In this document: in pieces, positions 1-7,983 of the stretch
How the letters are laid out: each line of letters opens with the position of its first letter
Numbering within the stretch: position 1 is the first letter of the stretch
Assembly: GCA_030146285.1 (NCBI GenBank)
Contig: JASLBZ010000094.1
Coordinates: 1 to 38,107 of the forward strand
DNA length: 38,107 bases
Direction: 5' to 3'
DNA from: Neisseriaceae bacterium
GTDB lineage: Bacteria; Pseudomonadota; Gammaproteobacteria; Burkholderiales; Neisseriaceae
Notes under the pieces: generated by a model
The model's input: only the letters and a program-made list of their open reading frames with translations
What the model was told of the DNA's origin: nothing
Database searches by the model: none
Position numbers and translations under genes: made by a program

Positions 1-384
1 GGGTGTTAAAGCTTGTATTTCATCGGCCACCATCCGTGCTAATTTGGCTGCCTGAAAGTTCAACTCATGAACCAAGGCTTCCATACCATAGTCGGCTTGG
101 GCAATACTGGTGGCATTGAAAGTATTGGTTTCGATAATATCCGAACCTGCCAATAGGTATTGGCGGTGAATGTCGGCAATGATATCCGGCTGACTTAATA
201 CTAAAATGTCGTTATTGCCTTGTATGTCTTGCAACCAATTGGCAAAGCGTTCGCCTCGAAATTCAGCCTCAGATAAGTGATGGCGTTGAATCATGGTGCC
301 CATGGCGCCATCTAAATACAGAATTTTCTCTTCTAATAACGATTGTAGCTCTTCAAAAGCAGGATGTAGCTTGATTGCACTCAT
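1..384 (-). CDS. metH: Cobalamin-dependent methionine synthase MetH, N-terminal homocysteine-binding region (5' part only; the gene runs off the left edge)
   Basis: My own translation of the reverse strand from the ATG at 384-382 gives [47 protein letters not shown]...[21 protein letters not shown]. These are typical MetH/Hcy-methyltransferase N-terminal motifs (LDGAMGT, IIETNTF). It is missing from the ORF track because the window edge truncates it. Confidence 0.85.
   Translation of the reverse strand, partial: MSAIKLHPAFEELQSLLEEKILYLDGAMGTMIQRHHLSEAEFRGERFANWLQDIQGNNDILVLSQPDIIADIHRQYLLAGSDIIETNTFNATSIAQADYGMEALVHELNFQAAKLARMVADEIQALTP
45..56 (+). repeat. DUS variant (TGGCTGCCTGAA, 11/12 to the sim-type 12-mer) inside metH
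   Basis: tggctgcctgaa read directly from the sequence. Confidence 0.5.
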
Positions 385-565
385 GTGGTTGTCCATTAAT
401 TTGTTATTGTCATGACAGTGAGCTTCAGAATAAGCCAAAAAAGCATGGCTTTCAAGGCTGTGGGGGTATTTTGTGATTTAGAATCATTGGTTTCACGTGA
501 AACAGATTTGAGAAAAACACACAAACAATGCGACAATATCAGCATTGAAAATGGTGGATAAACAA

Positions 566-1231
566 ATGAAACGTGCTGTGGTGGTGTTTAGTGGTGGACA
601 AGATTCAACAACGTGTTTGTTGCAGGCCTTAGAGAATTATGATGAGGTGCATTGCATTACTTTTAATTATGGGCAAAAACACAGCGCAGAAGTTGAAGTG
701 GCCAAAAAAATTGCCAAGCAATTGGGCATTCGCGCTCACAAAGTTATGGACATGGATTTTTTGGGTGAATTGGCGATCAGCAGCTTAACTCAAGAAGAGA
801 TTCCTGTACCGAGTTTTGCTGAAAGTGAAGCCAGTGGTTTACCGAGTACGTTTGTGCCCGGTCGCAATATTGTCTTTTTAAATTTGGCTGCGATTTATGC
901 GTATCAAGTGGGTGCACAAACCGTGATTACTGGTGTGTGTGAAACCGATTTTTCAGGCTATCCTGATTGCCGTGATGAGTTTGTTAAAGCGTTAAACCAT
1001 GCGGTCAACTTGGGCATGGCTTGCAATATTCAGTTTGAGACGCCTTTGATGTGGCTAAGCAAAGAAGCCACATGGGCATTGGCTGACAGCATGGGTAAAC
1101 TGGACTTTATCCGAACTGAAACCTTGACGTGTTACAACGGTATTCAAGGCGATGGTTGTGGGGACTGCGCAGCTTGTCATTTAAGAAAGCGTGGCTTAGA
1201 AGCTTATTTGGCAACGCGTGGCTCATCATAA
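566..1231 (+). CDS. queC: 7-cyano-7-deazaguanine synthase QueC
   Basis: Track ORF 545..1231. From ATG 566 the protein starts [18 protein letters not shown] (PP-loop SGGxDS), like the E. coli QueC N-terminus. The C-terminal Zn-Cys cluster CYNG...[10 protein letters not shown] is present. The TTG at 545 and ATG at 551 are less likely starts. Confidence 0.93.
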   Translation: MKRAVVVFSGGQDSTTCLLQALENYDEVHCITFNYGQKHSAEVEVAKKIAKQLGIRAHKVMDMDFLGELAISSLTQEEIPVPSFAESEASGLPSTFVPGRNIVFLNLAAIYAYQVGAQTVITGVCETDFSGYPDCRDEFVKALNHAVNLGMACNIQFETPLMWLSKEATWALADSMGKLDFIRTETLTCYNGIQGDGCGDCAACHLRKRGLEAYLATRGSS

Positions 1232-1250
1232 AATCCAAAAAATAAAAATG

Positions 1251-1277
1251 AAAAAGCTGCCCACGGGCAGCTTTTTA
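1251..1277. terminator. Bidirectional rho-independent terminator between convergent queC and selO
   Basis: aaaaagctgccc-acg-gggcagcttttt: a perfect 12-nt arm hairpin with A-run/T-run flanks, lying in the 54-bp gap between the two stop codons. Confidence 0.8.
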
Positions 1278-1285
1278 ATGGTGGC

Positions 1286-2776
1286 TTAACTTGAACAGCT
1301 CACGCAAATTTCACTGGCCCAATCGGGCGGCAGCGCGGCATAGCTTTCATGTTCAGGCTGCTCATCAAATGGGTTTTGAAAAATCATTCTGACTTTCTCG
1401 ATTTCAGCTGCATTGCCTTCTTTGGCTGCGGAGATGGTGTTTTCTAAAATATAATTTCGCAATATATATTTTGGGTTCACCTGATTCATGCTGATTTGAC
1501 GCTCGGCATCAACACTGTTTTCTGCTTGTAAACGCAGCTGGTAACGCTTTACCCAAACATCGATTGCTGTCGTATCTTGGAATAGATTTAAAAAACATGC
1601 GGGCAAATCATTGGCTAGGCTTGGGAGTTGGGATAGGTTTCTAAAGGCCAGAGTAAAATCTGCTTTTTGGTGCTGTAAAATGGTAAAAAAGTCATCCAAT
1701 AGCGCTTTGTCTTCAGTCATGACTTGTGTCAAACCCAATTTTTTAGCAAAAATTTCTTTGTAAAATGCATGGTATTCATCAGCATAGCCATTCAAAATGG
1801 CCACCAAATCCTGCTCGGAAGCCAACTCTAAAAAGCAAGATGCCAAGCAAGACAAATTCCATTGCACCACATACGGCTGTTGGTTATAAGCATAGCGGCC
1901 ACTGTTGTCCGAGTGGTTGCAAATGTGATGGGCATCATAAGCATCTAAAAAGCCAAATGGACCATAGTCAATGGTTAAACCCAATACCGACATATTGTCA
2001 GTATTCAAAACACCGTGGCAAAAGCCCACGCTTTGCCACTTTGCTGCCAATAAGGCACTGCGGGTGGTGATGGCGGCGAACAGTGCCAGATAAGGATTAT
2101 CAGCTTGTTTGCATTCTGGGTAATCAATCTGAATGGCCATATCTGCTAAGGCTTGAACCCAGCCAGTGCGGCTTTGGTGGTAGCCAAACTCAAAGTGACC
2201 AAAACGCATAAAACTTTTGGCAACCCGCGTAACCACAGCGCTGGTTTCAATAACTTCACGGTGTACGGCATCGTTAGATCCGGTCAAAGACAATGCACGA
2301 GTGGTAGCAATGCCTAGGCCATGCATGGCCTCTGAGCACAGGTACTCACGAATGCTGGAACGAAGTACCGCACGACCATCGGCAAAGCGCGAGTATTTGG
2401 TTTGACCTGCACCTTTGAGCTGAATCTCCTGGCGAACACCTTCCGTGTCTATTATGTCACCAAGAAGCATGGCTCGACCATCACCTAATTGTGGTACATA
2501 AACACCGAACTGATGCCCAGAATACACAGTGGATATAGGCATGTGCTGAGGTTTTTTCAGGCTGCCTGACAAAATAGCCAATGCTTCTTTATCCAAAACA
2601 ATATCGCTCTTTAGACCCAATTGCTGTGCCAATTCGGTATTGAAGGCTAGCCAATAAGGATTGCCTAAAGCTTGCGGATGCTCAATATTGTAAAACTCTG
2701 AACCCAGTGTTTGCCACTGAGCTTGTAAAAATGAAATGGTTTTTGGGGTCATATTCAAAAGCGACAGGCTTAACAC
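1286..2776 (-). CDS. selO: Protein adenylyltransferase SelO (YdiU/UPF0061 family)
   Basis: 496 aa. Shows SelO-family hallmarks: QLGDGRA, KGAGQTKYSR, FCHGVLNTDNMS, DYGPFGF, and a C-terminal QNPF...PE motif. Confidence 0.9.
   Translation of the reverse strand: MLSLSLLNMTPKTISFLQAQWQTLGSEFYNIEHPQALGNPYWLAFNTELAQQLGLKSDIVLDKEALAILSGSLKKPQHMPISTVYSGHQFGVYVPQLGDGRAMLLGDIIDTEGVRQEIQLKGAGQTKYSRFADGRAVLRSSIREYLCSEAMHGLGIATTRALSLTGSNDAVHREVIETSAVVTRVAKSFMRFGHFEFGYHQSRTGWVQALADMAIQIDYPECKQADNPYLALFAAITTRSALLAAKWQSVGFCHGVLNTDNMSVLGLTIDYGPFGFLDAYDAHHICNHSDNSGRYAYNQQPYVVQWNLSCLASCFLELASEQDLVAILNGYADEYHAFYKEIFAKKLGLTQVMTEDKALLDDFFTILQHQKADFTLAFRNLSQLPSLANDLPACFLNLFQDTTAIDVWVKRYQLRLQAENSVDAERQISMNQVNPKYILRNYILENTISAAKEGNAAEIEKVRMIFQNPFDEQPEHESYAALPPDWASEICVSCSS
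1352..1363 (-). repeat. Partial DUS (intact 10-mer core GCAGCCTGAA, 10/12 overall) inside selO
   Basis: ttcaggctgctc read directly from the sequence. Confidence 0.5.
2556..2567 (-). repeat. DUS copy (perfect AGGCAGCCTGAA, reverse orientation) inside selO
   Basis: ttcaggctgcct read directly from the sequence. Confidence 0.8.
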
Positions 2777-2797
2777 CTGTTGCCTATTCCTATCATT

Positions 2798-3121
2798 TTA
2801 AGATGTTTTGAGTAAACTAACAGGGAAGTGATCAATGCTTGATAATGGAATATTGGCATCAAAAATCTGGTACTGAATATCGTTCAGTCCAAAACTGGTT
2901 AAACGCTCGGTGTGTTTGGCTAAGTAATTTTCTAAGTGAAGCAAGCTATCAAATGCATACCAGCCGCCTGCGCGTTGTGTGCTTTCGTTTTCAGTCCAAA
3001 TTTTCCAAAGCAGGCCTGGCTCAGTAGCAATGTCCTTGGCTAAGCCTTCAAAAGCAAGGCTCATATCGTCTTTAAACGGACCACGACAAGCAAAATCAAT
3101 TTGTAAAAGTTTAATGCTCAT
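2798..3121 (-). CDS. YdhR-like putative monooxygenase (dimeric alpha/beta-barrel family)
   Basis: 107 aa. The pattern LLQIDFACRGPF...EPGLLWKIWTENE...AGGWYAF...YLAKHTERL matches my recollection of E. coli YdhR along the full length. Its start overlaps the upstream methyltransferase stop by 11 nt. Confidence 0.6.
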   Translation of the reverse strand: MSIKLLQIDFACRGPFKDDMSLAFEGLAKDIATEPGLLWKIWTENESTQRAGGWYAFDSLLHLENYLAKHTERLTSFGLNDIQYQIFDANIPLSSIDHFPVSLLKTS

Positions 3122-3746
3122 GGGTATTTCCTATGGTTTTTATTGCCAGATTACTGAACTGATAAGTGACCATCAGTAATCCAGCACCAAAATGAATGGT
3201 GCTGAGCATAAAGCGAGAATCTTGCTGGATGGTTTCAATAAATAGCGCAACATCCTGAGCATGAGACAAAACATTGTCCACAAATAAAACCCCACCTTTG
3301 GGCTTGATCATGTTTTGTAAATACACCCAATAATCAAGGTAAGCATCGCGCTCAGCATCTAATAAAATAAAGTCGTATTGCGTTTGAGTGGTTTGTAAAA
3401 AGGCTTTTGCATCGCCCACCCAAAAATCAACCAAATGAGCTAAATTCAATTCTGTTGCATACTGCTTAGCTGTTTGGCTTCTATTGGCATCAATTTCTAA
3501 TGTGGTGATATGACCATGAGTGCTTTGCGCTGCATTGGCTAGCCACAAAGTGGAATAACCTGTTGAGGTGCCGATTTCTAAAATACTTTTAGATTGCTGC
3601 ATGCGGATTTGCATGGCTAAAAAATAAGCAGAATCGGGTTCAATATTGCGATAACGATTCAGTCGATTGTCTTGGCTGGCGTCAAAAGCATGAAAGCTTT
3701 GGTATAACTCATCGGTTCGTTGTAAAAATTCAGGACTTAAACTCAT
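3111..3746 (-). CDS. Class I SAM-dependent O-methyltransferase (caffeoyl-CoA OMT / YrrM-like family)
   Basis: 211 aa. SAM-binding motif ILEIGTSTGYSTLWLA, and the FILLDAERDAYLDY motif typical of family-3 O-methyltransferases. Confidence 0.8.
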   Translation of the reverse strand: MSLSPEFLQRTDELYQSFHAFDASQDNRLNRYRNIEPDSAYFLAMQIRMQQSKSILEIGTSTGYSTLWLANAAQSTHGHITTLEIDANRSQTAKQYATELNLAHLVDFWVGDAKAFLQTTQTQYDFILLDAERDAYLDYWVYLQNMIKPKGGVLFVDNVLSHAQDVALFIETIQQDSRFMLSTIHFGAGLLMVTYQFSNLAIKTIGNTHEH

Positions 3747-3785
3747 GGTGTTTGCCTTTTAATTTTTAAAAAAGAAGTTTGAATA

Positions 3786-4004
3786 TTACGAAACCTCTTG
3801 AATCAATTCAAAACGGGGCTGTTGCTCACCATTGTCTAAGGCAATGGTTTCTAAAAACATGGTCAAAGGGCGCACCCAGATACTGTAGTCGTCATACAAA
3901 CATTGATAGACCACCAATGTTTCTTCGGTTTCACTGTGTCTGGCAATATGCAAAACTTGATATAGATTGCCTTTATGGTGTTTATAAATGCCTTTTTTTA
4001 GCAT
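3786..4004 (-). CDS. DUF1653 domain protein
   Basis: GIYKHHKGNLYQVLHIARHSETEETLVVYQCLYDDYSIWVRPLTMF is the DUF1653 signature as I recall it. I placed the start at the internal ATG 4004 (MLKKGIYKH). The 99-aa track version (to 4085) would overlap the apbC stop. Confidence 0.6.
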   Translation of the reverse strand: MLKKGIYKHHKGNLYQVLHIARHSETEETLVVYQCLYDDYSIWVRPLTMFLETIALDNGEQQPRFELIQEVS

Positions 4005-4077
4005 ATTGATCCAGTATCTTGAAATGTTTGAAACATTCAGCCTAAACCGATTGATTGTGAATAGGCTGAATATGGGC

Positions 4078-5157
4078 TTATTCAATCACAATTTTTGGAA
4101 ATTTACTGCTGTAGTCTTTGCCTTTGTCTGCCACTGCTTGTGCCAAAGCCCATGCGGCATCTTGGTAGGCCATGGCAATGCTGGTTTCTTTGGCTTGCAT
4201 TGTCGCCACAGAACCTTCATCCATGGCCACGCGAATGGGTAAGCTTAAAGGCAATTGAGCCAGTACAGGAACATTCAATTCTTCAGCTAATTTCACACCA
4301 CCTTCGTGACCAAAAATGGCTTCTGAATGTCCACATTGGCTGCAAATATGAACAGACATGTTTTCCAAGACACCGAATATAGGAATATTCACTTTTTTAA
4401 ACATATCGATGCCTTTTTTGGCATCTAGCAGAGCAATGTCTTGCGGAGTCGTTACAATCACCGCACCCGTTACTGGGATTTTTTGTGACAAGGTCAGTTG
4501 GATATCGCCAGTACCTGGAGGCATATCAATAAACAAATAATCAACATCATCCCATTGGCTTTGAAACAGCAATTGTTGTAAGGCTTGGCTTACCATTGGA
4601 CCACGCCAAACGACCGCCTGCTCAGCATCAATTAAAAAGCCAATTGACATCACTTGAATGCCATCCGCATTTTTAACAGGAATAAAGCGTTTGTCTTTTT
4701 GTTCTGGTTTTTGGTCGGTCACGCCTAACATGGTTGGTTGGCTTGGGCCATACAAATCCGCATCCAAAACGCCAACGCGAGCGCCCATTTTTTGCATTGC
4801 CAATGCTAAGTTAGCAGTGGTTGTAGACTTGCCAACACCCCCTTTGCCCGAGGCAATGGCAATAATATTTTTCACACCTGCAATGGTTTGCACACCGGTT
4901 TGGACTTTGTGGGTCGTAATGTCGCTGCGGATGCTCACTTTTACTGTTGTCTCAATGCCATTGTTTTTCAATGTTTGGATAATGTCATGGCTTAAGGCAG
5001 CCTGAATGTGTGCAGAGGGATAAGGAAGGCGCAATTCGATATGCACTTCATTGTTCAATTCTAATACTTGTTGCACCAATTTATCCTGAGCCAATGTTCG
5101 GGTGCTATTGGGTAAGGTAATGGTGTTAAGTAACGTTTTTATTTTTTGGATGCTCAT
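4078..5157 (-). CDS. apbC: Fe-S cluster carrier ATPase ApbC/Mrp
   Basis: 359 aa. Deviant Walker A SGKGGVGKSTT, the CxxC motif (CSQCGH), and an N-terminal DUF59-like region. Confidence 0.92.
   Translation of the reverse strand: MSIQKIKTLLNTITLPNSTRTLAQDKLVQQVLELNNEVHIELRLPYPSAHIQAALSHDIIQTLKNNGIETTVKVSIRSDITTHKVQTGVQTIAGVKNIIAIASGKGGVGKSTTTANLALAMQKMGARVGVLDADLYGPSQPTMLGVTDQKPEQKDKRFIPVKNADGIQVMSIGFLIDAEQAVVWRGPMVSQALQQLLFQSQWDDVDYLFIDMPPGTGDIQLTLSQKIPVTGAVIVTTPQDIALLDAKKGIDMFKKVNIPIFGVLENMSVHICSQCGHSEAIFGHEGGVKLAEELNVPVLAQLPLSLPIRVAMDEGSVATMQAKETSIAMAYQDAAWALAQAVADKGKDYSSKFPKIVIE
4995..5006 (+). repeat. DUS copy (perfect AGGCAGCCTGAA) inside apbC
   Basis: aggcagcctgaa read directly from the sequence. 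Confidence 0.8.
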
Positions 5158-5433
5158 GAGTGTTGTCCTTGGTCAGCCTGTGTCATGAAATAAAGGGCTT
5201 ACAATGGCGTTACTTTAACAGATATTCACCAAATGATTAACCGTGTTCGGCGTGCATTGCATGGAATTGAAATCAAAATAAGCATTCAGTATATTGGGAT
5301 CACAAAACAACCGGGATGAAGACAAGCCTAAGTGGCATCTTGAATCAGGTTAATAAGATAAGTACCTAGATTTTTTTGTATTTTTTGGCTGGTGTTTTCG
5401 ATATTAAGCCAAGATATTGGTTTGTTGACAGGT

Positions 5434-5471
5434 AAAAAAAATCCCTAAGAGAAGATTGCTTAGGGATTTTT
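5434..5471 (-). terminator. Rho-independent terminator downstream of ORF 5485..5877
   Basis: Arms aaaaatccctaag (5437-5449) and cttagggattttt (5459-5471). On the minus strand the stem is followed by a U-run of at least 7. It begins 14 nt after the stop codon. Confidence 0.8.
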
Positions 5472-5484
5472 GCCAGTTTATTTC

Positions 5485-5877
5485 TTATTGGATAAATGCT
5501 TTGCATTCTTTGCTGTTTAAATCCAATTTCTTGCTGCTTTTGTCTGCAAACTGATAAGTATATTTTACTTGAAAGCCCATTTCCAATGTTGGTTTTAACA
5601 TTGGGCAAGCTGCTTGCTTCATGGCAGTAATCTGTTCTTTTTGCAAATTCTTAGCACTGCTGCCTTCTGCGGTGATTTGATAGGTTGAGAACAAAACATC
5701 ATTTTTGCGTTTCATTTCTAACAATGTCACATCATCGCTGACTTTAACTGGTGCTTGTTTATTGATGCTAACGATTTCAGCATCAATGGCTTCTAAAACA
5801 GCTGGATCAACGGTGATTTTGGCCATGGCAATGCTGCTTAGACCCAATAGTGCCAATGTAAAAAGGCTTTTTTTCAT
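5485..5877 (-). CDS. Small secreted protein of unknown function (paralog A; signal peptide, conserved Cys pair)
   Basis: 130 aa. N-terminal signal peptide MKKSLFTLALLGLSSIAMA|K. It aligns with the neighbouring ORF 5988..6410 (..GFQVKYTYQF.. versus ..GFSVTYHFHY..), and the two Cys are 34 residues apart in both. It has its own terminator. Confidence 0.7.
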   Translation of the reverse strand: MKKSLFTLALLGLSSIAMAKITVDPAVLEAIDAEIVSINKQAPVKVSDDVTLLEMKRKNDVLFSTYQITAEGSSAKNLQKEQITAMKQAACPMLKPTLEMGFQVKYTYQFADKSSKKLDLNSKECKAFIQ

Positions 5878-5987
5878 GGTGAAATCCTAGTTATAGGCGA
5901 TTTAAAAAGGGCAGTATAACAGCGTTTGTTTATATTGATAATAAATATTCATAATATCAATATATTAATGCCAACAGAAAGTAGGTT

Positions 5988-6410
5988 CTAGGCGATGCGA
6001 GCGCATTTGGCTTCTGATAAAACCATTTGGCTTTGGCTGTTGTTTGCGTAATGAAAATGATATGTCACAGAAAAACCTTGTTCAAAAGCAGTGTTCATGC
6101 TGTCACAACCGGCTTTTAAAATCTGTTTTTTAAGTTCTGGATTCATGTTGTGCTGGTCAATGGCTGGATTACTGATTGTCACTTGGTAGTGAACGATCAT
6201 GTCATCGCGACGAATATCGGTTAATTGAATGCCATGGCCTGCTTGCATTGGCAATTGGGCTTTGATGGCATCAATGCCTTGATCAATGGCGGTCATGGCT
6301 TGAATCGCGCGATTGGATGCTTGTTCAGCAGAAATTTGCTCATCATTTTTAGGAGAGCAACCCATGAGCCACAAAGCAAAGAAGCTCAAAAGAAGTATTT
6401 TTTTTATCAT
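5988..6410 (-). CDS. Small lipoprotein of unknown function (paralog B)
   Basis: 140 aa. Lipobox LWLMG|C at Cys18. The C-terminal domain is homologous to ORF 5485..5877, with the same C-x34-C spacing. Confidence 0.7.
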   Translation of the reverse strand: MIKKILLLSFFALWLMGCSPKNDEQISAEQASNRAIQAMTAIDQGIDAIKAQLPMQAGHGIQLTDIRRDDMIVHYQVTISNPAIDQHNMNPELKKQILKAGCDSMNTAFEQGFSVTYHFHYANNSQSQMVLSEAKCARIA

Positions 6411-6667
6411 TTTTTGAAGTATGTGTGTATTTAAAAATTGAATTCATACTAGCAAAAGCCTTGAAAAAAATACATTTTTTGATGTGTTTAGCACAAAAGC
6501 ATTATTTTTTTAATACTTATATGGAATGTTAATCTTTGTTAATATTTTGATTATAGGCTGATAATGAAATTTTTTTGGGAAATCATGGGTGTTCTTTAAA
6601 TGCGACATGGAATCAACAAATTAAAATTGTAGTATTTAAAAAACTACACAATAGTCCCAATATTTCA

Positions 6668-7927
6668 TTAAGTTAGTTCTTGTATGTGTCTGGCAATTTT
6701 TTGGCTGGCACCTTGGTGTATGGCAACAAATTCTTTGGCATTTTTAGCATAAGATTGGCATTGTTGGGCATCATTCAAAAGCATTTGTGTGGTGTTTAGC
6801 CATTCGTTTGCATTGTGAACTTGCATGGCAGCATGCTCGGACAGTGCATCAGAACAGACCTTGGAGAAATTGTAAGTAGAGCCACCAAAAACCGTGGGTT
6901 TGTAACAGCTCATGGGTTCAATAATGTTTTGGCAACCCGTATTCACCAAGCTGCCGCCAACAAACACAATATCCGCCAGTAAATAATAGGCAAAAAGCTC
7001 CCCCATGCTGTCGCCAATCCAGATTTCAGTGGCCAGGTCAATGGCTTGATTATCGCTGCGTTTTTGTACGGTGAAGCCCATTTTTTTTGCTAATGAGGCT
7101 GTTAAATCAAACCGTTCAGGATGCCTTGGCACAATCACCAGTAAAGCATTATTGGCTGTGTTTTGTTGCCATGCTTGTAACAATAATTCGGCTTCATCCA
7201 ATCCGTGTTTGTCCATGCGAGTGCTGCCGCAGACAATCACTTTGCGTTGGCCAATTCGTTGGCGAAAAGCATTGGCTAAGTCATGCATGGCTTGGGGTGG
7301 TGTGATGTCGTATTTGGTATTACCAGTAATCCATTGTGGGCAATGACTTAATTGCGATAAGCGTTCTTGATCATCCAGGCTTTGGGTAAAACTGGCCGTT
7401 AAAGTATTTAAAGCCGGTGCAATCAGGCTTTTGGCTTTTAAATAGCCTTGCAGTGACTTTTCGGACAAGCGGGCATTGGCCAAAAACATCGGAATATTTT
7501 GTTGTTTGGCCTGTTTTAACAAATTGGGCCAAATTTCGGTTTCCATAATGATACCGAAAATAGGTTGGTGTTCTTGGAGAAACTGAGCAACATAGCTGGG
7601 TTTGTCATAAGGCAAATACCGGCATTGGGCATCAGGATACAGAGCTTGTGCCGTAGCTCGGCCAGTTGGTGTCATTTGGGTAATGAGCAACGGTTGGTTG
7701 GGGTATTGTTGTTTAAGTGCTTGAATCAAAGGTTCTGCTGCACGTGTTTCGCCCACAGAAACAGCATGAATCCAAATGGGATGTTGTACGGGATTGACCA
7801 TAGGTGTGCCAAAACGCTCGCCCCAATTTAAAGCATAAGCAGGGGATTTTTTGGCGCGTTTTTTTAAGTAGCGTTTTAAAAGCGGTGGGGCAATCTGCCA
7901 TAAGCCTTGGTATAAGCATGCCAACAT
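6668..7927 (-). CDS. waaA: 3-deoxy-D-manno-octulosonic acid (Kdo) transferase WaaA/KdtA
   Basis: 419 aa. WIHAVSVGE motif near the N-terminus and the glycosyltransferase family 30 layout (..GGSL...GQNIIEP..). Confidence 0.9.
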   Translation of the reverse strand: MLACLYQGLWQIAPPLLKRYLKKRAKKSPAYALNWGERFGTPMVNPVQHPIWIHAVSVGETRAAEPLIQALKQQYPNQPLLITQMTPTGRATAQALYPDAQCRYLPYDKPSYVAQFLQEHQPIFGIIMETEIWPNLLKQAKQQNIPMFLANARLSEKSLQGYLKAKSLIAPALNTLTASFTQSLDDQERLSQLSHCPQWITGNTKYDITPPQAMHDLANAFRQRIGQRKVIVCGSTRMDKHGLDEAELLLQAWQQNTANNALLVIVPRHPERFDLTASLAKKMGFTVQKRSDNQAIDLATEIWIGDSMGELFAYYLLADIVFVGGSLVNTGCQNIIEPMSCYKPTVFGGSTYNFSKVCSDALSEHAAMQVHNANEWLNTTQMLLNDAQQCQSYAKNAKEFVAIHQGASQKIARHIQELT

Positions 7928-7947
7928 AACTATGAACTTTCAGTATG

Positions 7948-7973
7948 AAAAAAGCAGCCCGTAGGCTGCTTTT
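7948..7973 (-). terminator. Rho-independent terminator after tamB
   Basis: aaaagcagcc-cgta-ggctgctttt; on the minus strand it is followed by a U-run. It lies between the tamB stop (7984) and the waaA start (7927). Confidence 0.75.
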
Positions 7974-7983
7974 ATTTTAAAGC

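Noticed and set aside
385-565. A possible preQ1 riboswitch upstream of queC, or a cobalamin riboswitch associated with metH.
   Set aside because: I could not find the conserved preQ1-I core or A-rich tail, nor a B12-box, in the intergenic sequence. Also, metH is not normally B12-riboswitch controlled. Only palindromic DNA motifs were seen, and those are reported separately.
1765-2405. Plus-strand ORFs (101 aa and 62 aa) inside selO.
   Set aside because: They are embedded antisense in a well-supported CDS. They are His/Pro/Cys-rich nonsense-like sequences with no RBS.
4005-4085. The longer 99-aa version of the DUF1653 ORF.
   Set aside because: The extension overlaps the apbC stop and is not part of the conserved DUF1653 core. 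An internal ATG at 4004 gives a compact protein starting MLKKGIYKHHKG.
5366-5608. An 80-aa minus-strand ORF running across the terminator and the 3' end of ORF 5485..5877.
   Set aside because: It is in a different frame from the supported signal-peptide protein and reads through a strong terminator hairpin, so it is unlikely to be coding.
6627-6650. A weak hairpin (tgtagt-atttaaaaa-actaca) downstream of waaA as a terminator.
   Set aside because: It has only a 6-bp AT-rich stem with a 9-nt loop, so its predicted stability is low. I do not call it confidently.
7948-7973. The tamB terminator hairpin AAGCAGCC-CGTA-GGCTGCTT as a possible DUS of the AG-king3 dialect (AAGCAGCCTGCA).
   Set aside because: It matches at only 10 of 12 positions and lacks the CTGAA/CTGCA 3' half. 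I treat it as an ordinary terminator whose stem happens to share GCAGCC with the DUS. The same applies to the queC/selO hairpin at 1251-1277.
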